Positions 57,329 to 64,000 of a stretch of 64,000 nucleotides of DNA are shown piece by piece (the stretch's first letter is position 1; each line of letters starts with the position of its first letter). The notes beneath the pieces were generated by a model. That model was not told where the DNA came from and made no database searches. It saw nothing but the letters and a program-made list of their open reading frames with translations. Source of the stretch: Synergistales bacterium (GTDB lineage Bacteria > Synergistota > Synergistia > Synergistales > JAFGMB01); the NCBI GenBank assembly GCA_963666205.1, contig OY762654.1, positions 1,003,220 through 1,067,219 of the forward strand, written 5' to 3'. The position numbers were made by a program, and so were the translations under genes.

Positions 57329-58792
57329 ATGAATGGCTCAACATATGCAATAAAGAAGGAAGAACATGTTTTTTCGGGGTCAAGGTATGGCTATCTTCAG
57401 CAATGGATGATGCCCTTCACTTTATTGTCTTCAGATATTATGGCTTTCTTCTTCTCATGGGCAATAGCGATAGTTGTTGCGACCCTTATGGGTAAAAACA
57501 TTGCTTTAGCAGACTATCTGAATTTCCTTTATTTCATACCACTATTTCTCTTTGCCTTTTTGCTAAGCGGACTCTATTCCAGAACAAGTACAAACCCTGT
57601 AGAAGAGATCAGAAAATTATCATTGATAACGTCCTTTTCATTCTTTTTTTTGATCACAGGCATATTTATCATGCATCGGGAAAGCCTCTTCTTTTACTCA
57701 AGGTTTACAATTTCCCTGGCAGGGCTCTCATCTCTGGCAATTATTCCTCTATTGCGAAGCTTTACAAGACATCTTTGCGCCCATAACGCATGGTGGGGGA
57801 CTCCAGTCCTGATCCTGGGTGCTGGAAAAACTGGACAGATGATCGCCAGAAAAATAAATGAAACACCATCTTTAGGTTTGAAATTGATTACTATTCTGGA
57901 TGACGATCATGATAAACAGCTTGATACACTGTATTTCCCTGCATCAGGTCCCATTTCTGATATGCGAAATATAGCTATAAACAACAGGCTCTGTAAAGTG
58001 CTTATTTGCATGCCTGGAGTGAGTAAAGAAAAAGTCATCTCCATCATGGACGAATGCACCAGGTATTTTAACCATGTGACAGTGATTCCGGACCTTTTTG
58101 GTATGTCTTCTCTCTGGGTAAACGCAAAAGATATTGGAGGGGTATTAGCCCTTGATATACAGAATTCTTCTCTCTCCACCAGTGCTCAGTTTATTAAGAG
58201 GACTGTGGATGTATTTTTGGTACTAACGGGTGGATTTTTGATTCTCCCTCTAATTTTAATTGTCTCTTTATTTGTAAAACTGGACTCACCTGGTCGTATC
58301 TTTTATGGCAATAAACGAGTTGGAAAGAATGGAAAAAACTTTCTTTGCTGGAAATTTCGAAGTATGAAACAAAATGCAGATGAATTACTCAATTCCTATT
58401 TAGCTAAAGATCCCACGCTTCAAAAAGAATGGGATAAAACACAGAAACTTCAGAATGACCCTCGCATAACAAAGATCGGGAAATCGCTAAGGAAATGGAG
58501 CATTGATGAACTACCCCAACTCTGGAATGTTTTAAAAGGAGAAATGAGTCTGGTTGGACCCAGGCCATGTTTTGAAGAACAGTTGAAGATGTACGGGAAT
58601 AATCAACATCTTTATACCAGCGTTAAGCCAGGTATCACAGGGTATTGGCAGATATCTGGAAGAAACTCTCTTAACTTTGAAGATCGAGTCAGACTTGAGA
58701 GATATTACGTAAGCAACTGGTCAATATGGCTTGATATATATATCCTCGCCAAAACGATAATGGTTGTAATTAAAGGCGAAGGGGCTTATTAA
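57329..58792 (+). CDS. Undecaprenyl-phosphate sugar-1-phosphate transferase (WbaP/EpsB-type priming enzyme).
   Basis: N-terminal TM helices and a Rossmann-like linker are followed by the C-terminal bacterial sugar transferase domain (KRTVDVFL...DSPGRIFY...RVGKNGK.F...KFRSM...DPRITKIG..LRK.SIDELPQLWNVLKGEMSLVGPRP). Confidence 0.85.
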   Translation: MNGSTYAIKKEEHVFSGSRYGYLQQWMMPFTLLSSDIMAFFFSWAIAIVVATLMGKNIALADYLNFLYFIPLFLFAFLLSGLYSRTSTNPVEEIRKLSLITSFSFFFLITGIFIMHRESLFFYSRFTISLAGLSSLAIIPLLRSFTRHLCAHNAWWGTPVLILGAGKTGQMIARKINETPSLGLKLITILDDDHDKQLDTLYFPASGPISDMRNIAINNRLCKVLICMPGVSKEKVISIMDECTRYFNHVTVIPDLFGMSSLWVNAKDIGGVLALDIQNSSLSTSAQFIKRTVDVFLVLTGGFLILPLILIVSLFVKLDSPGRIFYGNKRVGKNGKNFLCWKFRSMKQNADELLNSYLAKDPTLQKEWDKTQKLQNDPRITKIGKSLRKWSIDELPQLWNVLKGEMSLVGPRPCFEEQLKMYGNNQHLYTSVKPGITGYWQISGRNSLNFEDRVRLERYYVSNWSIWLDIYILAKTIMVVIKGEGAY

Positions 58793-58833
58793 GACGTCGC
58801 CCTCAATTAATTAAGGCTACATGGTGAACTTAC

Positions 58834-59391
58834 TTGAATAAAAAAATTATAGATTTAAGTCAAGCTGGATATGGGAAATTTAAAAGGACGAGATCCAAAT
58901 GGATTGAGGCTTTATGGATTATAGTGGAATTTTGCTTTGTAACAAATCCCATACAAGTTTCAAGTAAATTACGTATTCTGCTTATCAGGATGTTTGGAGG
59001 AAAAATCGATAAAAATGTAATCATGAGGCCCAGAGTTCGGATCAAGTTTCCTTGGAATCTGGAAATCGGAAATAACTGCTGGATTGGTGAAGGTGTTTGG
59101 ATACATAACCAGGATAAGGTCTACATTGGCAATAATACAGTTATTTCACAAGAGGCATTTATAACAACTGGTTCCCATGATCATTACAAAACCATGGATT
59201 TGATCACAAAACCAGTCAGGATTGGTTCTGGTGTCTGGATAACCTCCAGAGCAATGATATTGCTAGGTGTTTCAATAGCTGATAATGCAATAATTACACC
59301 CAACAGTGTTGTACATCGAAACATAGAAAAAGCCGGAATTTATTGCGGAAATCCTGCTGTTTTGATAAAAGAGAGGAAGATCACAGATTAA
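58834..59391 (+). CDS. Hexapeptide-repeat O-acetyltransferase (WcaF-like).
   Basis: The pattern LRILLIRMFGGKIDKNVIMRPRVRIKFPWNLEIGNNCWIGEGVWI...TGSHD is characteristic of colanic-acid WcaF-type acetyltransferases. Confidence 0.8.
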   Translation: MNKKIIDLSQAGYGKFKRTRSKWIEALWIIVEFCFVTNPIQVSSKLRILLIRMFGGKIDKNVIMRPRVRIKFPWNLEIGNNCWIGEGVWIHNQDKVYIGNNTVISQEAFITTGSHDHYKTMDLITKPVRIGSGVWITSRAMILLGVSIADNAIITPNSVVHRNIEKAGIYCGNPAVLIKERKITD

Positions 59392-60634
59392 TCTTCTTGT
59401 AATAAGTCTTAATTATGCACCGGAACTTGTTGGTGTTGGAAAGTATTCTTCGGAAATGTGTTCCTGGTTTGTATCGAGGGGGCATTCAGTAGATGTCATA
59501 GCCGGATTACCACATTACCCCGAGTGGGAAATACATCAAGAATACAAGAATAAAGGATTCTACACAGAAGCGATTGATGGAGTAAATATTTTAAGAGTAC
59601 CCCATTTTGTTCCTCCAGCAGATAGAGTTAATGCTAAAACCAGAATTAAACTTGAAACAAGCTTTCATTTAAAATCATTGAGATATGCGTTGCCAATTTT
59701 ATTCAAAAAGAAGAAATACGATGCTGTTATAGCAGTCTGCCCTCCAATGCAGTCAGGTTTGTTCCCAATGATATACAAGATCTTTAGAAATGTCCCATGG
59801 ATATTTCATGTACAGGACCTCCAGGTAGATGCCGCCCTAAATCTTGGTATTTTAAAAAATCACACTATCATTAGAAAAATGCTATTTGGGATTGAAAAAA
59901 TGCTTTTTAAAAATGCTACAAAGGTTTCAACGATCACTGATGCGATGAAACAGAAGATCATTAATAAAGGTATTGATCCAAACAAAATGGTTCTTTTCCC
60001 AAATTGGGCTGATCTGGATTTTATTAAACCTATGGATAGAAATAATCCCTTAAGAAAAGAATTTGGCTATACAGAAGACGATACTGTAATCATGTATGCC
60101 GGTAATATGGGTGAAAAACAGGGACTCGAAATAATTATTGATGCAGCATGTCATTTTACACAAGATTCAAACATCCAGTTTGCCATGGTTGGCGACGGGA
60201 CTGCAAAAAAAAGGTTAACTAAATTAACTCGAGACAAAGGGCTTACCAACCTTCATTTTTTCCCATTGCAACCTCTTCAGAAATTACCGAATCTCCTAGC
60301 CATGGCAGATATTCATCTGGTTATCCAAAAAAGGGAGGCTTGTGACTTAGTTATGCCATCGAAATTAACTAATATTTTGGCTGCTGGAAGACCTATTATA
60401 GCAACTGCAAAATATGGAAGCCACTTATATCAAGTTATTGTTGAAAACCAATGTGGTTTGGTTTTAAAGTCACACAGGACAGTTGAACTAATTGAAGGCA
60501 TCAAAAATCTCACCAATCAAGCCCTGATGGTAGAACAAATGGGACAAAAATCTCGATTTTATGCCATAAACTATTTTGATAAAGAAAAGATCCTCCAAGA
60601 AATGGTATATAACATAAATCGGATAATGACCTAA
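59387..60634 (+). CDS. WcaI-like GT4 glycosyltransferase. The conserved N-terminus lies upstream of the first ATG, so the start is probably non-canonical (ATT).
   Basis: The track ORF starts at 59456 (MCSWFVSRGH). The in-frame upstream codons encode NLLVISLNYAPELVGVGKYSSE, the conserved WcaI N-terminal motif. No ATG, GTG or TTG occurs between the stop at 59366-59368 and 59456. The ATT at 59387 lies 6 nt after AGGAAGA. Confidence 0.7.
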   Translation: MNLLVISLNYAPELVGVGKYSSEMCSWFVSRGHSVDVIAGLPHYPEWEIHQEYKNKGFYTEAIDGVNILRVPHFVPPADRVNAKTRIKLETSFHLKSLRYALPILFKKKKYDAVIAVCPPMQSGLFPMIYKIFRNVPWIFHVQDLQVDAALNLGILKNHTIIRKMLFGIEKMLFKNATKVSTITDAMKQKIINKGIDPNKMVLFPNWADLDFIKPMDRNNPLRKEFGYTEDDTVIMYAGNMGEKQGLEIIIDAACHFTQDSNIQFAMVGDGTAKKRLTKLTRDKGLTNLHFFPLQPLQKLPNLLAMADIHLVIQKREACDLVMPSKLTNILAAGRPIIATAKYGSHLYQVIVENQCGLVLKSHRTVELIEGIKNLTNQALMVEQMGQKSRFYAINYFDKEKILQEMVYNINRIMT

Positions 60635-60787
60635 TTGTGATGGATACATAAATATAGATAAAAATGCAAATTATCCCTGCTAGGAATTGGTAACTTATTT
60701 CCCTAAAAGAATATGAATTGACCTTAGGTTTTACTATTTGTAAACACAAGATTTCTCGTAGTATTAAATTATTAGTATGAGAAAGGA

Positions 60788-61906
60788 ATGGAAATGAAAG
60801 AAGAAGACGGCCGCGTAAAGATCGTGTTATTATCACCTCTCCCACCTCCATCCGGAGGTATTGCTACTTGGACAAGCTCTATCTTAAGAAGCAGATTGAC
60901 CAAGCACTATAAATATATTCTTGTTAATACCAGGATAACAAGTCAAAGAGGGACGAGTGAATCATGTTGGCAATTTCCTTTTAGTGAATTAGCTAGAAAT
61001 GGAAAGATAATCTTTAATTTTCTTTATGCTATTTTTTATCATTCACCTAAGCTTGTCCATATAAACAACGCTTCATGGAGTTTTGGTGGTATTTTCAGGG
61101 ATTTACTCTTAGCTACCATATCAATAATTTTTAGGAAAAAAGTAATCATTCATTTTCATGATTGTTTAGTGTATCGACCAAAGTCTTTGTTCTATAGATT
61201 TTTATTAACTCAGTTAATTAAAACTTCAACTCTGATTATCACCTTAGACAAAAAATCAGAGAAATTTATAGAGAATCTTTCGATAAAACATAAGAATTAT
61301 AGTTTCTCTCTATGTAACATTCCAAATTTTATTGACAATAACAAAATATTACTAGATTCAGAAAATATGCATTCAATAAAGAATGTCAAAGTTTTATTTG
61401 TTGGAAGTATAACAAAAAACAAAGGATGTCGCGACATCCTTGAAGTTGCAAGATCATTACCAGAGATACAGTTTACGCTTATTGGTAAGGTCCAGTCAGA
61501 TATGATCGAATTGGTCAGAAAAATAGCTGAGCCCAACATTAAGTTTATCTCTGAAATATCGAATCGAGAAGTATTGAAAGAAATGCAAAAAGCCAATATT
61601 TTTTTGTTACCTTCATATAAAGAAGGATTCCCATTAGTTATTCTTGAAGCAATGGCAAACAGATTACCTGTAATAGCAACAAATGTAGGAGCTATACCTG
61701 AAGTTATCATTCAAAACAAGGGTGGATATGTGCTTAAACCAGGTGATGTTCAATCGATGAAAGAATTGTTAACAAAACTTAGATTAAACCTAGATTTAAG
61801 GTTGGAAATGGGTGAGTTTAATTTTGACTTTGTTTCTAAGAAGTTTCTTCTGTCAAACATTGAAAAATACCTTTACGAAGCATATCAGAAAGTCCTCTCG
61901 AAATAA
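60788..61906 (+). CDS. GT4-family (group 1) glycosyltransferase.
   Basis: The N-terminus is KIVLLSPLPPPSGGIATW. The C-terminus is LLPSYKEGFPLVILEAMANRLPVIATNVGAIPEVI (the E-x7-E region). Confidence 0.75.
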   Translation: MEMKEEDGRVKIVLLSPLPPPSGGIATWTSSILRSRLTKHYKYILVNTRITSQRGTSESCWQFPFSELARNGKIIFNFLYAIFYHSPKLVHINNASWSFGGIFRDLLLATISIIFRKKVIIHFHDCLVYRPKSLFYRFLLTQLIKTSTLIITLDKKSEKFIENLSIKHKNYSFSLCNIPNFIDNNKILLDSENMHSIKNVKVLFVGSITKNKGCRDILEVARSLPEIQFTLIGKVQSDMIELVRKIAEPNIKFISEISNREVLKEMQKANIFLLPSYKEGFPLVILEAMANRLPVIATNVGAIPEVIIQNKGGYVLKPGDVQSMKELLTKLRLNLDLRLEMGEFNFDFVSKKFLLSNIEKYLYEAYQKVLSK

Positions 61907-62012
61907 AAGCTAAGTACAGAGAAAATAGGTTTTCAAGAACCTTTTGGATTATAACATTGATTGATTGATTGATTTCTTGAACAGTACCAAGAGATCGGAT
62001 TAATAAAATTGG

Positions 62013-63140
62013 ATGGTGAAAGATTTGCGAAAAGTCCTCTTTTATACTGGGAGTCTGGCATCAGGGGGGGCAGAGAGACAGTTGATATACACTGCGCTAT
62101 CCGCTCAATTAAATGGTTATAAGGTGCTTATAGTAATCGATCATGACCACTGCGACTACACCAAAATGTTGGAAGGTACAAATATTGAAATCTATTGCAC
62201 TCATTCGAACAAGTACAATCCAATAAAACGTTATATTAAATTAAATGGAATAATACAAGAATTTAAGCCTGAAATTTTCCATTCATTCCTAGCAAACAAA
62301 AATTTATGGGGTATGTTATTAGCATATTTGAACAAAGTTCCGATTAAAATTGCCTCGATAAGAAACACTAATTCTTCAGCTTTTAAGGGAATTCAATTCT
62401 ACAACAAATGGGCAGACAAGATAATATGCAATTCAAGGTTTGCATATGAAATTGCTCATTCCACATACGGAGTCCCAAGAAAAAAATTGGAAGTCATCTA
62501 TAATTGCATCGATATGGATCGCTTCAACAATACAATGATCTCTCTAGATATAAAACATAATTTGGGACTTTTGGACAACACCAAACTTGGTATAACTGTA
62601 GCTCGTTTTTCCAAACAGAAAAATCATCTGGGTTTTGTCAAAGCTTTTAGTAATTTTGTTGGAGAAAATTCAAGTGTTTGTCTGCATCATTTGTTTGTAG
62701 GCAATCAAAAAGATATAAAAATAGTGCAGCCGGTAAGAGCAACCGTTGATACCTTGAATTTATCTGAAAACATAACCTTTTGGGATACCAGAGAAGATAT
62801 TCCAGAAATAATAAAAGCCTGCGATTTTCTTATACTCCCTTCTCTATATGAAGGTTTTCCAAATGTTGTTATGGAAGCGATGGCTTCAAAAACATTTGTA
62901 ATTGCAACAGCAGTAGGGGGTATACCAGAACTGGTTAAGCATATGGAAAATGGAATCTTAATTCCTAGCCCACGTGCAAAAGATATTGCAAAATCAATTG
63001 AATTATATCTCTCTCTTTCTGCTGAAAAAAAAGAACGAATAATTAATCAAGCATATATCGATATACAAAGCTACGGTATTGAAAACATGTTTAGACAAAC
63101 TGAAGAGCTCTACACAGTATTTAATTTCTCCATAGGATAG
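62013..63140 (+). CDS. GT4-family (group 1) glycosyltransferase.
   Basis: GSLASGGAERQL and ILPSLYEGFPNVVMEAMASKTFVIATAVGGIPELV are present. Confidence 0.75.
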   Translation: MVKDLRKVLFYTGSLASGGAERQLIYTALSAQLNGYKVLIVIDHDHCDYTKMLEGTNIEIYCTHSNKYNPIKRYIKLNGIIQEFKPEIFHSFLANKNLWGMLLAYLNKVPIKIASIRNTNSSAFKGIQFYNKWADKIICNSRFAYEIAHSTYGVPRKKLEVIYNCIDMDRFNNTMISLDIKHNLGLLDNTKLGITVARFSKQKNHLGFVKAFSNFVGENSSVCLHHLFVGNQKDIKIVQPVRATVDTLNLSENITFWDTREDIPEIIKACDFLILPSLYEGFPNVVMEAMASKTFVIATAVGGIPELVKHMENGILIPSPRAKDIAKSIELYLSLSAEKKERIINQAYIDIQSYGIENMFRQTEELYTVFNFSIG

Positions 63141-63205
63141 CGCTGTCATAATCTCCCCCAAAAGGAACTTACCTAATCAATAGCAACATTAGGAGGATTT
63201 TGCTC

Positions 63206-64000
63206 ATGCCCAGAACCTTCATAAAATCACCAAAGAATCATAAAAGTCTAATCGCTATGCTTTTCAGCTATATAAAACCTTCTATTTGGCATATTTGCGA
63301 AATGCTACCAGATAGACTTTTTATTTCGCTTATATTTAGGAAGTCAATGGGTTATTTTCCGAACTTAAATCAACCCAAAACATATAACGAAAAGATTCAA
63401 TGGTTAAAGTTAAATGACCGGAAACCTGAATATCATGAGATGGTTGATAAATACGAGGTTAGGAAGTTTGTTTCAGAAAGAATAGGAAGCAAATATTTAA
63501 TTGACTTGTATGGGTTATATAACTCTTCTGAAGAAATAGATTTTTGCCAGTTACCCAACCAATTCGTTATGAAATCGACACATGGCTCTCATTCAGTCTA
63601 CATTTGCAAGAATAAAACTGAAGAGGATTACAACAAGATAAGAAATTTGAGCAAAGATTGGTTTAATCAAGACATTTATACAAGATATAGAGAATGGGCC
63701 TACAAAGGTCTTAAAAAAAGAATAATTGCGGAAAAGTTATTAGTCGATTCAGAAGGGAAAACCCCAGATGATTATAAAATAATGTGTTTTAATGGAAAAC
63801 CAATGGTAATACAACATCATCAGAATCGTTTTGGGAACTATACCTTGGATTATTATGATTGTAATTGGAAACGATTAAGTGTTTATAGACCATATGCCCC
63901 AAATTCTTCGAACCCCAAACCTAAACCAATCAATCTAGAGAATATGGTGAACATAGCTAAATCTCTATCCAAAGGAATCAAGTTCGTTAGGGTAGATCTT
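63206..64000 (+). CDS. TupA-like ATP-grasp family protein; 3' end cut by the window edge.
   Basis: Not in the ORF track, because the ORF is open at the window end. AGGAGG lies at 63191-63196 and the ATG at 63206. Translation gives ...NLNQPKTYNEKIQWLKLNDRKPEYHEMVDKYEVRKFV...FVMKSTHGS...DDYKIMCFNGKP..., typical of ATPgrasp_TupA proteins in polysaccharide loci. Confidence 0.7.
   Translation, partial: MPRTFIKSPKNHKSLIAMLFSYIKPSIWHICEMLPDRLFISLIFRKSMGYFPNLNQPKTYNEKIQWLKLNDRKPEYHEMVDKYEVRKFVSERIGSKYLIDLYGLYNSSEEIDFCQLPNQFVMKSTHGSHSVYICKNKTEEDYNKIRNLSKDWFNQDIYTRYREWAYKGLKKRIIAEKLLVDSEGKTPDDYKIMCFNGKPMVIQHHQNRFGNYTLDYYDCNWKRLSVYRPYAPNSSNPKPKPINLENMVNIAKSLSKGIKFVRVDL

Noticed and set aside
1-64000. 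Scan for tRNA, rRNA, tmRNA, transposase, integrase or prophage genes.
   Set aside because: None was recognised by eye: no T-loop GGTTCGAATCC-type motifs and no IS-like ORFs. A tRNAscan or Infernal run is needed to be certain.

Overview
This 64-kb chromosomal window appears to come from an anaerobic, diderm, amino-acid-fermenting bacterium. The evidence is a selenocysteine-containing glycine reductase, lysine 2,3-aminomutase, and TamB/Wza/YjbH-type outer-membrane components. One protein ends in a Gly-run/Cys/hydrophobic/basic tail resembling the Synerg-CTERM sorting signal. That is only a weak hint of Synergistota, and taxonomy cannot be settled from this sequence.

Positions 1-41 kb are mostly ordinary metabolism and signalling. 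They hold grdE-grdB-grdA (two UGA-recoded selenoproteins that the ORF track splits or misses), a CdaR-type regulator, and pantothenate genes (yhdT-panF, panD-panC). They also hold four c-di-GMP turnover proteins, GntR plus a radical SAM enzyme, an RPH-like PEP-utilising enzyme, TreT, an MFS transporter, an SDH-type protease, a TamB-like protein, kamA and a niaR operon.

Positions 41-64 kb are an accessory island followed by an exopolysaccharide (EPS) locus. The island carries two AAA ATPases with nuclease-like tails, two GxxExxY paralogs, a YjbH-like outer-membrane protein, an orphan pilin-like protein and the sorting-signal protein. The EPS locus carries Wza, a Wzz-type co-polymerase, a priming transferase, WcaF/WcaI-like and GT4 enzymes, and a TupA-like ATP-grasp protein. 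Its distal part is visibly AT-richer.

The stand-out observation is a very dense family of mosaic intergenic repeats that I cannot assign to a named class. It is built from phased CTCTGCG and CTCCGTG blocks, GATTTTR heptamer arrays, and two hairpins whose variants carry compensatory substitutions.
- The repeats fill essentially every intergenic gap between 41.2 and 56 kb, with a second patch at 28.6-29.3 kb.
- They abut or overlap stop codons.
- They bracket one ATPase gene as a perfect 65-bp inverted repeat.
- They bracket a GxxExxY gene, inserted between wza and the co-polymerase gene, as 89-bp direct repeats.

I recognised no rRNA, tRNA, CRISPR array, transposase or integrase by eye. All coordinates, counts and identities are hand-derived and need computational confirmation.
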